64,000 nt of DNA from Octopus sinensis (GCF_006345805.1 NC_043006.1:23808001-23872000), one strand, 5' to 3'; numbered from the stretch's first letter, positions 11,320-24,677 are shown. The notes: generated from the sequence alone by a model not told the origin. Numbers and translations are program-made.

Positions 11320-11835
11320 TACTCTAGACACAAGGCCTGAAATTTTGTGGGATGTGGGGCGCCAGTCGATAACTTGTATGTAACTTGTATCGACCCTGAA
11401 AGGATGAAAGGCAAAGTCGCCTTTGGCAGAATTTGAACTCAGAACATAAAGACAGACGAAATACCTATTTCTTTACTACCCACAGGGGGCTAGACACAAA
11501 GAGGACAAACAAGGACAGACAAATGGGTTAAGTCGATTATATCAACCCCAGTGCGTAACTGGTACTTATTTAATTGACCCCGAAAGGATGAAAGGCAAAG
11601 TCGATCTCAGCAGAATTTGAACTCAGAATGTAGCGGCAGACAAAATACCGCTAAGCGTTTCGCCCAGCATGCTAATGTTTCTGCCAGCTTCATAGTAATC
11701 TTTTCTACAGGTAAAAGGCCTGAAATTTTGGGGGAGGGAGCAAGCTAATTAGATTGACCCCAATACACAACTGGTACTTAATTTATTGACCGTGAAAGGA
11801 TGAAAGGCAAAGTCGACGTTGGCAGAATTTGAACT
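11320..11835 (-). mobile_element. Cluster of family 1 SINE copies
   Basis: Three cgaccc(t/c)gaaaggatgaaaggcaaagtcg...gaatttgaactcag segments. Confidence 0.8.
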
Positions 11836-12573
11836 ACAATTTCCATTTTGATTTCCATCTTGATTTGCTTTTAATTTTTAATATAAAAATATGAGGATTT
11901 TTTGTTAAACATCGAATGGCTATGACTCTCGATTTGAGTAAAAAGGGAATCAAAGGGGTCCAGAGGTGAAAAAGGGTTGATAACCACTGGCTTAGACTTA
12001 AACCATTCCCCAGTTTCCCCCACCCACCACCACCACCACCTAGGTTACTTTCAGCCTTTAGCAGAGTTGACTCAGTAACAAGCATTCTTATGATATCTGC
12101 GAGAGATCATGAGGACTGCCTCTTTTCCACAGAAATAAAAAAAAACTTTCTTTTAGGTGCAGGCCTAGCTGTATGGTTAAGAAGCTTGATTTGCAATCAT
12201 GTGGCTTCTGGTTCAGTCCCACTCCAAGCGCTTTATTTTATGACCCTGGGTTGACCAACGCCTTTGTGAGTGAATTTCGGTAGATGGAAACTGTGTGGAA
12301 GCCTGTCATGTGTCTGTGTGTATGAGAGTGTGTTGCTTCCTGCACTGCATAAAAAACGGTGTTGGTTTGTTTATGTCTCCATAAAACTCAGTGTTTTGGC
12401 AAAAGAAACCCACAACTTCAAAAAAAGATATAATTACTGAGGTCAATTTGTTTGACTAAAAATCCTTTGAGCTGGTGCCCCAGCTTGGCCACAGTCCAAT
12501 GACTGGAACAAATGAAAGGTGAAGAGTATATGTATCAATAAAATCATATGAAAACCAGAAATGCAAAGCTCAC

Positions 12574-12741
12574 CTGCTCCTGTTTATTGTCAACAGCTCC
12601 ATTAGATCCCTCGTCCATCTCGCTGCTGCCACTGGCCTGACTCTCACTAGTATTGCTTCTAACATGTTTAATCCGTTCGTCATAGAATTCTTGTTTCAAA
12701 TCTTCCATTTGCCTTTCATATTCATCCTTCAAACTTTGAAG
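12574..12741 (-). CDS. Internal coding exon (168 nt, phase 0-0) of the same coiled-coil protein: LQSLKDEYERQMEDLKQEFYDERIKHVRSNTSESQASGSSEMDEGSNGAVDNKQEQ
   Basis: Strong acceptor ttttttttttttcttctctcag|CTT and donor CAG|gtgagc. The frame is open and joins in frame to exon 1281-1400 (QEQ-ILDE). Confidence 0.9.
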
Positions 12742-14048
12742 CTGAGAGAAGAAAAAAAAAAAAGAAATTAGTTTGGGAAATTAAAATTAAGAGTAAAAGA
12801 AAAAAACAATTATTGGAAAACAAAACTAAAAAAGTAAAAACAAAATGGAGAAAAATGGCAATTGACTAAAAACATTTTCAATTTTTTATTTTAAGACACC
12901 AGAATAGTCTTGAGATGACCATCGCATTGCCAAAAGAATTTTTTTAAAGATGCCTAGGTTTGAAAGAAATGAAGCTAGTATGATCCACTGGATGTATAAT
13001 GTCAGTGTACATACAACACATAAGGTGTGAGCACCCTAAGAGAAAAACTGGATCTGACTAGCTCCCATGCCAGTGGCATGTAAAAAGCACCATTAGAGCG
13101 TGGTTGTTATCAGTGCCACCTGACTGGTTCCTGTGCCAGTGGCACATAAAAAGCACCCGCTACACTCTTGGAGTAGTTGGTGTTAGAAGGGCATACAGCT
13201 GTAGAAACTTTGCCAGATTGGATTGGAGCCTGGTGCAGCCTTCTGGCTTGCCAGCCTTCAGTCAAACCATCCAACCCATGCCAGCATGGAAAGCTGACAT
13301 TAAACGATGATGATGATGATGTTATGCGTGTAACCCATAAAACAGATTTATAAGCAGGGCTAATTTAGCTATTTCTCTGAAGACTGAAAAAAATGACAAA
13401 AAACCTTGATCGATTTTTTAATCTGAATTCTCATCAGTGGCGTCAACATTAATTTAGACCAATTCCAGAGAAACAAGCAGCAAGTCTGTTTCAATTTCAG
13501 TAGCTACAGGGAACTAGGGCTACCAATTTGCATAGTTTAAGTATTAACGCTTTATTTCAGGTAAGGGGCCTTGTCAAGAGATGATATATGTAACCCGTAA
13601 AATAGATTTATAGACTGAGAAAAAATGGTGAGCATGTGATAGATGTGTATTATGTATGTGATTGTGCATTTTGTATTCTGTTATGCCTGTGATGTCATGG
13701 TCCATGGAAGAATTGTCTTGCGTGAAAGTGGTTTGTGGTGCAAAAAAGGTTGGGGATTGCAACTGTTGATGCAGTATGGCTGAATGGTTAAGAAATCAGT
13801 TTCACAACCATCAGGTCCTGGGTTCAATCTTACTACATGTCATCTTGGGTAAGTGTTATCCTTTTATAAATTTGAGAGAAGTTCCTCTGCCTGTTACATT
13901 ATATTCATTAACTCCTAGACTGTTGGTGCAAGGAAAATGAAACTCAAACCCGCAACTTCCCTAATCCCAGGGAATGCCTTAAGGGGGTCTATTTTTTTAA
14001 GGACCACCTAACTGGGGCCCCATTGGCCACCCATCCAATTTAACAATA

Positions 14049-14350
14049 TTTTAAACTAAATACATGGCATTGGCGACCAAATCAGAGAAATGACAACAAA
14101 TGTCATACAATGAACTCCCAAGGAGTATTGCAAGGAGGTTCAATTTCTGAAAGGCCACTTAAATGAGGCCCCACTGATCCTCACCCCCTATTTTTAGTGC
14201 ATTTTAAACTAAATACATGGCATTGGCGATCAAATCAGAGCAATGGCAATGAATGTCATACAATGAAATCCCAAGGAGTATCGTAAGGAGGTTCAATTTC
14301 TGAAGGGCCGTTTAAATGGGTCCCACTGTCTCTCACCCCCTATTTTTACT
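14049..14350. repeat. Diverged ~152-bp tandem duplication
   Basis: TTTTAAACTAAATACATGGCATTGGCGA occurs at ~14050 and ~14202, with continuing similarity. Confidence 0.8.
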
Positions 14351-14898
14351 GCATTTACCTCACTCCTACGCTTATTGATTAAACTATGATTAGCATCAGT
14401 GCTTAGCACATTTGCAGAAATAAGTTGGCAGAATCATTAGCACACTGGGCGAAATGCTTAGTGGTATTTCATCTGTCTTTACATTCTGAGTTCAAATTCC
14501 GCCGAGGTCGACTTTGCTTTCATCATTTCGGGGGTCAATAAATTAAGTACCAGTTACACACTGGGGTCAATGTAATCGACTTAATCCATTTGTCTGTCCT
14601 TGTTTGTCCTCTCTATGTTTAGCCCCTTGTGGGCAATAAAGAAATAGGAAATAAGTTTGGCCATTCTAAATACATTCACATTCCTGTACATTCAAATCAA
14701 GATGAAGTGTTGTAACAGGTATGTTTCAAGTGTTGGAGTGTGGATATTTATATTTTGCAGTGTATAGTTGACCTACACTTTGGGAATAAAACTTGTGTGT
14801 GTGGATATACACATACACACAATTTAATAAAAGTTTGACTTGTAAAAATACACAATCACACACACACATATAGAGACAGAGAGAGAAGATAGATAGAT

Positions 14899-14961
<63 letters not shown>

Positions 14962-16394
14962 ACACACACACACATATGCTTACAAACTCAAACACACACA
15001 AAAAGTCATACACACAGTTCTATACATATGGACACGGACACACATACACACATTCAGTCCAACAGCCAAACATCAATGCTCAAGTACACACTTGCACACA
15101 CACATACACAGATTCTGACAAGTGTGTGTGTGTATATGTGTGGTAAGGGGGCAACCAAGCACTACAAAAACACAGGTTTGTTTTCAGTACATTACCCCCA
15201 GGTAGACAGTGTCACAAGAGTACCTTAAACAGCAATATCACCAAGACTACACTATACATACAACCACCACCACTACCACCCTTTCAGATAAGCAGAGGTG
15301 AAGGGGGTGAGAGGGGAGGGCTTCTCCTATCACTCTCTACTACTCCCCCCATCGTGGATCTTTCATTCATTAATAGCCCCCACATTCCCCATCCCCACCA
15401 AATTCATTTCTATTTTTTTATATTCAAGTATGAACACGCTTTGCATTTTTTTTGGTCGCTCCAATTTTGGTTTTATTATATAGTTTTTAAACGAGATTGA
15501 TGTTGATGATGATGATGATGATGATGATTGGGGGGGGGGGGTGATGGTGATGATGGTGGTGATGATAATGATGATGATGATGGCAGTGGTGGTGGTGGTG
15601 GTGGTGATGTTTAGCTCCAGGTCAAGCCTGATTTTTATCTTTTCCTTTTTTTTTTAACAGTCACAGGACTGCGGCCATACTAGGGCACCAACTTTAAGAT
15701 AATACGTTGAGAAAAAAAAAACATCAACTCCTGTACTTATTTTTTCAAGTTTGGTACCTATTTTATCAATCTCTTTTGCCAAACCACTAAGTTACAGAGA
15801 TGGAAACAAACCAACACCAATTATCAAGTGAAGAAGAGACATACACAAAGACATATATATATATGCACATACACGATAGGCTTCCACACAGTTTCCATCT
15901 ACCAAATCCTGGAGCTACAGTACAAGGCATTTGTCCAAAGTGCCATACAGGAAGGCTGAACCAGAAATCATGTAGTTGAAAAGAAAGCTTCTTAACCCCA
16001 GCAGCTATATAATCAAAGGCCTTCCAGCCATGACCACCTTGTCTTTTCCCAGTGTGTAGGTGATCACATGATGACATTACACTCCACACCTTCCTTCAAG
16101 ACAAATTAGGCAAGATTTAAGATCTGACTGATTTCTAACATGCTGAGTGACCATGTAAGGGGCTCTTTTGTTGGCCTCCTTCAACAAAGTACTTACTCCA
16201 GTGGTGACAGTGTCAGTTTAGTGAGAGGAAGGAATCTAAAAGGAGGGAGGAAGGGTCTTTGATGATGGTACTCACGTACTGATCCACTCAGCGCCAGAAA
16301 CTTTGGACTGCCAGAAGTTTCCTCACAAGGTCTGTCACAACATGCACAGAATATCAACATCAAGTACTCCTACACACACACGCGCACGCACACA

Positions 16395-16432
<38 letters not shown>

Positions 16433-18299
16433 CATAAACACCTACACGATAATTCATACCAACACTGGAGACTTCTGGTTGATCAACCTGCTAGAAACAA
16501 CAGCTAAGCATCCATCAAACTACACCCTACTATCTCAAAAACAATTTAACACACACACACACACACACACACACAAATGAGATGAGATGGTCATGGCTGG
16601 AACACATGATCATAAGCAAATTCAATTTGGACCAACGATCTGAAACAATAACAGTCAAAGAATGCCACATACACACGTCCCACCTACATCCATCAGCATC
16701 ACCATCATCAACTCCTGGACATTACTGTCTCGAATCCTAGGACTTGAGAAAGGACTGACAAACCAGCTGATTGATTGAATGATCAAATGATTAATCAAAC
16801 AATCAATTAGTAAATTAATGATAGTAACAAGAAGTGAAATAGAACCAGTGTGTGTATGTGTGAGTGTGTGTGTTTCTTATTGACACAATGACACTCCCAT
16901 GTTATAATGATGTGTGTGTATAGGTGGGTGGATACATATATAATGGATTCTCTCATCATGAACAATAAATGAGGGTCCAGTAAAATATGGTGGTAATCAT
17001 GTTATATATACATATATACACACATGCATGCAAACATATATACACACATGGAGGGGGGACAGTAGGTGTGGGTGCTTTTCAAGTGATGTACTACACAATG
17101 GCAAGAAAAAAAACAATCAAGCCTGGACCTTGCAACATTAATTTTCTATGGGGCTTCTTTTATCATCATCATTTCACACCCACTTTCAATGGGTTGGTCA
17201 GCTCAACAGGAGCTGACAAACCACACGACTGCATCAAACTCCTATGTCAGCTTTGGTATGATCTCTCCGGCTCCCGTGCCAGTGGTACGTAAAAGGCACC
17301 ATCTGAACGTGGACGATGTCAGGTCTGCCTGACTGGCTCCCATGCCAGTGGCACATAAAAGGCACCAACCGATCGTGGCTGATGCCAGTACCTACTGACT
17401 GGCTCTGGTGCTGGTGGCACGTAAAAAGCCCTGTCCGAACATGATTGATGCCAGGCCCGCCAGCCTAGCTCCTATGCTGGTGGCACGTAAGAATGTATAT
17501 TCTTTTACTCTTTTAATTGTTTCAGTCATTTGACTGTGGTCATTCTGGAGAACCACCTTTAGTCAAGCAAACTGACCCCAGAACTTATTCTTTGTAAGCC
17601 TAGTACTTATTCTATCAGCTTCTTTTGCCGAACCGCTAAGTGACAGGGACATAAACATACCAGCATCGGTTGTCAAGCAATGTTGGGGGGACAAACACAG
17701 ACACACAACTATATACACACACACATAAATATATATATATATACACACAAATATACAACGGTCTTCTTTCAGTTTCCATCTACCAAATCCACTCACAAGG
17801 CTTTGGTCGGCCCGTGGCTATAGTAGAAGGCACTTGCCCAAGGTGCCACACAGTGGGACTAAACCCGGAACCATGTGGTTGGTAAGCAAGCTACTTACCA
17901 CACAGCCACTCCTATGCCTATATATATATATATATATATATTTGTATCTATAATTTACCAGTATTTATTTACTCTTGTGTTGTTACTTGTAGTAATAAAC
18001 TCGTGGATTCCTGAGCAGTATTTATATTTTTAGCGCTGTATGAACAGCAGATCTCGAAGCACATAAGACTATAAATAATACTATGTAAATATTCGGACCG
18101 TGGCGGGGTGGGATGAAAGACAAAGTTGACTTTGGTAAGATTAGAACTCAGAATGCGGAGAACCAAAAGAAATATCACAAGAGCTTTTGCCTGACACTGT
18201 AACTCTGCTGATTTATTCACTGACACACAATAAATACCACAGGGCAGTTTTGATCAAAGACACATCGCTCAAAAGACAGACCAAAACACCTTGTGTAGG

Positions 18300-18612
18300 G
18301 GGGGATTGTGTAGCTTAATGGTTAGGGTTTTTGGCTCATGACTGTAAGGTTGTGAGTTCGATTCCAACGATGCGTTGTGTCCTTGAGTAAGACGCTTTAT
18401 TTCGTGTTGCTCCAGTCACCTCAGCTGGCAAGAATGAGTTGTACCTGTAATTCAGATGGGACCAGCCTTGTCACACTCTGTGTCATGCTGAACCTCTCTG
18501 AGAACGACATGAAGAGTTTGCGTGTCTGTGGAGTGCTCAGCCATTTACACGTTAATTTCACAAACGAGCTGTTCCATTGATGAGATCAAATGGAACACTC
18601 GTTGCCATAACC
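18300..18612 (+). mobile_element. tRNA-derived SINE (family 3)
   Basis: Head gtgtagcttaatggttagg...gtgagttcgattcc, then ccttgagtaagacgctttatttc...cagccttgtcacactctg. Related copies at ~29870-30228, 30700-30920 and 63735-64000. Confidence 0.75.
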
Positions 18613-19171
18613 AACAGCGTGACATATGTGTGTGTGTGTGTGTGTGTTTGGTCACACTCATGCTGTTAGAAACCAAAACAGTTATTGCTCACAAAACGCA
18701 GGACATAAAATACAACATGTTATAAAAGAAGCAGGTTTCAACTGTTTCACTCTCCTTTCATGTTGTCATGTTGCTACGGCAACACAGAATCGGTCTGGTA
18801 AAATTAGAAAATTAGCAGGATAGCAAGGGGAGCTTTAATTACAAATACACACGCACACGCACACACACAGAACCAATGTAGAAACTCCTGGAGACAAAGA
18901 CAGGACTTTTACATGGATGTCTATTTGCTAGAAAAAGCAGTCAAATTCCCTTCAAATCACACAATTTGCTGACTCAAAAAATGGAATGGTAGAGTACACA
19001 CACACACATACATACATGACAAGCTTCTGCACAGTTTCTGACAATCAAATCCACTTACAAGGTATTAGTAAGCCTGGGGCTATAATACGAGACACTTGCC
19101 CAGTGAACCATGAAGTGAGACTGAACCTGAAATCAAGTGATTGCAAAACAAGCTTCTTAACACAACCATGC

Positions 19172-19221
<50 letters not shown>

Positions 19222-19734
19222 GTGTGTACATACACACACACAAACAAACATATATGGGCTTCCACACAGTTTCCACCTACCAAAATCATTCACAAGGTAT
19301 TGGTCAGCTCAGGAATACAGTAGAAGACAATTGTCCAGGGTGCTGCACAGTGCGATTGAACTCAGAACTATGTGGGTTACCGAGCAAGCTTCTTAACCAC
19401 ACAGCCACATGGTAGGAAAATCACTAAGCTGCAATACCTGAGAGAAATGACAAGGTGTGCATAGCTGCGACACATTTGGTCACAGGTGTATTCCATCAGG
19501 ATTCACCTGGGACTAAGCAACGACTGCTTCTGCTATTATTACTACTACTACGACTACTAAATGGAAATATACACATGATAAGCAAACCGACATAAAACAA
19601 TAGAATATACTCTGCCGCCTACGCACACACACACACACACACACAAGTATCTCCATAGATATATGGAAAAAACAAAAAACTATTTTAGCCAAGCTCAAAC
19701 AGGTATATTGACATATTACACACCCTCTGCATAA

Positions 19735-19770
<36 letters not shown>

Positions 19771-19792
19771 CCATAAGCTCATGTGTGTGTAT

Positions 19793-19894
19793 ATGTGTGA
19801 TGCAGATTGGATATGCAATCTATGTGGGTACCTTTTCAAAACATTGTCTGGTTTAAAAAGCCACATCAGATGCCATGACGGTTCTAAGCTGTAG
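19793..19894 (+). pseudogene. Isolated C2H2 zinc-finger remnant, probably the C-terminus of an RTE-type LINE ORF
   Basis: MCDADWICNLCGYLFKTLSGLKSHIRCHDGSKL* is an exact C-x2-C-x12-H-x3-H. It lacks a TGEKP linker and has a stop 5 codons after the last His. Confidence 0.6.
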
Positions 19895-20189
19895 GTACAG
19901 GAGGTGGTCAAACTCCGCATAAGAGTAAACAACCATCATCATCATCATCGTTTAACATCCGTTTTCTACGCTAGCACGGGTTGGACGGTTCACGGGGTCT
20001 GGGAAGCCAGGAGGCTGCACAGGCTCCAGTCTGATCTGGCAGTGTTTCTACAGCTGGATGCCCTTCCTAACGCCAACACTCGCGAGTGTAGTGGGTGCTT
20101 TTTACGTGCCACCGGCACAGGTGCCAGGGGAGTCTGGCAGCGGCCCCAATCGGTTGGTGCTTTTAACGTGCCACCGGCACGGAAGCCAG

Positions 20190-20229
<40 letters not shown>

Positions 20230-20268
20230 TATAAATCCTTAAAAATGTTTTAGCCCGAAGGCCGCGAC

Positions 20269-20305
<37 letters not shown>

Positions 20306-20397
20306 CATCATCATCATATATATACATACACACACACACAAACAAATATAGGTTTGTATATATGCAAATATATACACATGTATATACATGAGTGTGG

Positions 20398-20444
<47 letters not shown>

Positions 20445-21091
20445 TAAATAAATACTACATATATGCATATATACACACACATTGATAAATACAAATGCAT
20501 GTACATACACACACACACACACGTCTATCAGGTTATATTTTAAAACACTTCCAAACAACCTGTTATGAGGAAGTTGTTCAAGCATCATATCACTCTCAAA
20601 GAGAAAAAGAGAGTGCGTGCGTGCGTGCACATAGAGATATATATACATCGTAAACAGTGATTTTGTAGTATATCCAATATCCAGTGGAGTATGGAAGACA
20701 AGCAAGAAATAGAGCAAAGATGGAGGTATATGGCGATGAGCCCCAGGTTTCTGCCTGATGAAGCAGTCCTTGACCAATCTCATCAAACATATTTTGTAAA
20801 TTGTGATTATTAATCGAACTTGATTATCAATCGTTGAATCGATCGTGGATAGGAAATAAATGAAATACCAACACCCTGCTTCCTGCTACTCTCTCATACA
20901 ACATATATACATGTGTGTGTGAGTGTGTGTGTAATTTCAGCTGTGTCGTAGGAAGTTAGCTTCCCAATCACATGGTTCTGAGTTCAGTACCATGGTATGA
21001 CACCCGGGGTAAGTATCTGCTAATAACCCCAGGCCGACTAAAGCAAGCTTTGCAAGTGGATTGGTGGATAAAACCTGAAAGAAGCCCATCA

Positions 21092-21124
<33 letters not shown>

Positions 21125-22329
21125 GTGTGTGTGTGCATGTGGATGGATGGATGGATGGATGGATGTAAGTGTGTGTTTTGTGTGTCCTTGTACTCACATC
21201 ATGTGATAGTTGTAAATGAGACAAGTCCGAGAATAGCTTGTCATACAAGCAGTGTTATTCATTATAAATATTCTGTGAAAAGCATGTCTGGCTATGGAGG
21301 GGAAATATTACCTTGCTGGAAAACAGGTGAGGGTTGGCGACAGGAAGGGCATCCAGACATAGAAAATCTACCTGAATAAACTCCATCTGACCTATACAAG
21401 CATGGGAAAATGGATGCTAGAATGATAATGATGATAAGATGTGTGTCTGTGTGTGTGCCCCTGTGTGTGCCCCTGTGTGTGCCCCTATGTGTGCCCCTGT
21501 GTATGTGTTTGCATGTGAGTTATTTTTCATTCCTGTAATGACACATGTGCTATTCTCGGGACTTTTCTTTCCCTTCTCTCTGAACATTTTCCTCTTTACT
21601 CTTTCTGACAAAGAGCCATGCACAGAACATCGCACACCCTCTTTCTTCCATCTTAAAATCTCGGCAATGAAAACAACAATAGCATTAGCAACATCAATGA
21701 ACGTTGAGGACGGAGGGGCACATATGGAATGGTAGGCCAGCAACACTGATGGGTAGATAACAACATTACAGTTGAAGTAATTAAAAATCCACTCCAGCCC
21801 TTATCGGAAAGGAAAGCAATACAGGATTGGTGTGGACATGGAAACAGTTTTCGTGAAGACAGTAATAACTATCACAAAAATACCTTCAACCATGCTGGGG
21901 TATCACCTTGAAGAAATGTTAGTCGAATAAATCAACCCCACTACATTTTTCTTTAAAATTTGGTACTTAGTCCATCAGTCTCTTTTACCAAACCACTAAG
22001 TTATGGGGATGTAAACACACCAACACCAACTGCTAAGCAAGGGGGTGGGATGGGGAACAGACACAAAGGCTTTTACACACACACACACACACATTGTATA
22101 GATATATATTTTTTCTTTTGTTCTTTTACATGTTTCAGTCATTTGACTGCGGCCATACTGGAGCACTGCCTTTAGTCGAACAAATGACCCCAGGATTTAT
22201 TCTTTGTAAGCTTAGTACTTATTCTATCAATTTTTATGCCGAACCACAAAGTTACGGGGATGTAAACATACCAACATCGGTTGTCAAGTGATGGTGGAAG
22301 GACAAACACAGACACATATATACATATAT

Positions 22330-23475
22330 ACTAGCTGGTGTAACCGGTAACTCCCAGGGGTTAAGATGTTCTATTGAAACACCTTATTACTCTGATATAA
22401 GATGCCACAAGAGGTGTATTTTCCGTCACGAAAAAGTAAAAAAACTGTCAGCTGGAGGAGTGAGAGATTGATTGTTAGAGGTTGGCGAGAGAGGTTTTCA
22501 GAGGTTAGTGAGAGAGGTTGGCGGAGGTTGGCAAGAGACAAAGACATTATTTTGCTTAGCGAAGGCATCTGGGAAATGTATAACTGTTGTCATTCACAGA
22601 AAAACTATTGTTTTAGCATGAAAAAAGCAGTTGAAGTGTTAAGCGAAATTTAACAATCGAGGATCAAATCCACACTATGCCTGCATGAAGCCACTACAAA
22701 TACGTTGAGGAATAAAAAATTTATCAACTGTCATGGAAAAAGTACAACTGTAAAAATGCAGAATTATCGGAGTAATGGGCATTCAAAAAACTATGTATGT
22801 ATAGAAATGTATGAATGAAGTCTTTAATGTGTAAGATTCAAATTAAGGAAGTGCAATAGTAATGCTTAGCAGTTCAAAACTCTGAGTAGTGAAATACAGA
22901 ATTAGGTCAGCTGATCATGAGAATCAAATATTGATCGCTTCGCTAGAATTTGCAGGTGGTATGGGCTATTTCCCTTGGGTTGTTTAAATAAAACATTGGT
23001 AATATGTAGTAGATAGAAGGATCGATTGGGAGGGCCCTATTATCGATTTTTTTTCAACAATCTAAGTATGTCACAAGGTTTCCAGACATGAGTTCTACTC
23101 AAGTGACAATAAAGTATAAAAGTGATATTGTCTGCAAAAATTAGAAATAGGACACACAAAAAAATTCAATATTCAAAGTAATCAAACATAAACAATGAAA
23201 TGGGTTATTTCCCTTGAGTGTTTAAAAATATTGTACTGGTGCTATGGGTTATTTCACTTCGGTGTTTAAAAAAATAGTTATAAGAAGTTGATATAAAGGT
23301 CCCTTCCAGAGGCCGTATTATCGATATTTTCAACAATCTAAGTATGTCATGAGATTTCCAGGCATGAGTTCTACTTATGTATCAAGTTTCATCAAAATCA
23401 ATAAAACGATGTAGGAGGAGTTAGCTAACAATGCCACAAACAAACACACCGGTTTTCCACATATGTAGTATATAA
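22330..23475 (+). mobile_element. Non-autonomous Helitron/Helentron-like element (Lep1/DINE-1-like termini)
   Basis: 5' ACTAGCTGGTGTAACCGGT; 3' AAGTTTCATCAAAATCAATAAAACGATGTAGGAGGAGTTAGCTAAC...AAACAAACACACCGGTTTTCCAC-ATATGTAGTATA. There are subterminal inverted AACCGGT motifs and an internal duplication, and it is inserted in the TA tract of a family 2 SINE. Confidence 0.6.
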
Positions 23476-23483
23476 ATAAATAA

Positions 23484-23516
<33 letters not shown>

Positions 23517-23583
23517 ATATTATATATATATATATGTATAAGGGTGGAAAGGAACACACGAGTTGATATATATGAAAAAACAA

Positions 23584-23761
23584 GTCAAAAATAGAAAATA
23601 CTAAGATAATTTTATAGTGAATCTTTCAGTACCGGTTTCAGTCATATATATATAGATCGTATTATATATATATATATATATAATATGATCTATATATATA
23701 TGACCGAAACCGGTACTGAAAGATTCACTATAAAATTATCTTAGTATTTTCTATTTTTGAC
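23584..23761. repeat. Near-perfect 178-bp palindrome centred on (TA)n, carrying the 3' half of an HHR (GACC GAAA CCGG UA)
   Basis: GTCAAAAATAGAAAATACTAAG...GTCATATATATATAGATCGT versus its reverse complement; 2 mismatches seen. Confidence 0.92.
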
Positions 23762-24070
23762 AATGGGCTTCTTTGAGTTTCAGTCTACCAAATCTACTCA
23801 CAAGGCTTTGGTCAGCCCAAGGCTATAATACATAACATTTTCCCAAGATACCACATAGCGAGACTGAACCCAGATCCATGATGTTGAGAAGCAAACTCCT
23901 TACCATATAGCAACACCTGCCCATCACTAATATAAACAATACAATGTAACTATTCCACAAGTAACAACATAAAACACAAATATATTATATATATATATAT
24001 ATATACATATACATACATACATAAATATATATATACATACTTATATATCTACAAAAATATACAACTTATA

Positions 24071-24252
24071 AATAAGGGAAAAAAGAAAAAATTTCTATGC
24101 CAAATATGCCAAGAATAGACTTTAAATAGTCAATAACCACATATAATTAATTGTAGTGCTTATAGTGATGAATAAATTATATGTGGTTATTGATGATTTA
24201 AAGTCTATTCTTAGCATATTTGACATAGAAATTTCTTTCTTTTACCCTTATT
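24071..24252. repeat. Imperfect AT-rich palindrome, ~78-bp arms, ~20-nt spacer
   Basis: ATTTCTATGCCAAATATGCCAAGAATAGACTTTAAATAGTCAATAACCACATATAATT versus AATTATATGTGGTTATTGATGATTTAAAGTCTATTCTTAGCATATTTGACATAGAAAT. Confidence 0.88.
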
Positions 24253-24334
24253 CAAAAGCTGTTTATAATTTTCACCTTAAAAGGTATTTTTTAAAATGCT
24301 GGCCACTGCTAAAATTTTTTGAAAATTTTATATA

Positions 24335-24372
<38 letters not shown>

Positions 24373-24388
24373 TATACATATACACATA

Positions 24389-24424
<36 letters not shown>

Positions 24425-24442
24425 CACATATATGTATATATA

Positions 24443-24566
24443 CAGGGTGATTCAAAAGTCACCATACATGGGGGAAAATTAATTTTTTTAATAAGAAACA
24501 GTTAAATATAAAAACTGTTATAAAAAATAAATTGTTCAAATGTATGGCGTCTTTTGAAACACCCTG
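24443..24566. mobile_element. Tc1/mariner-type MITE (124 bp)
   Basis: TA|CAGGGTGATTCAAAAGTCACCATACAT...ATGTATGGCGTCTTTTGAAACACCCTG|TA: ~27-bp TIRs and TA TSD. Confidence 0.85.
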
Positions 24567-24567
24567 T

Positions 24568-24655
<88 letters not shown>

Positions 24656-24677
24656 AATAGATGAGTGTATTTTTACC

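Noticed and set aside
16197-16365. Two minus-strand donor motifs (gtaagta, gtgagta) with possible small exons
   Set aside because: The intervening intron would be only 40 nt, the phases do not match the phase-0 host exons, and the peptides are unconvincing.
20745-20800. CTGATGA followed by a possible stem as a hammerhead
   Set aside because: There is no GAAA or stem I pairing; at best a heavily decayed remnant.
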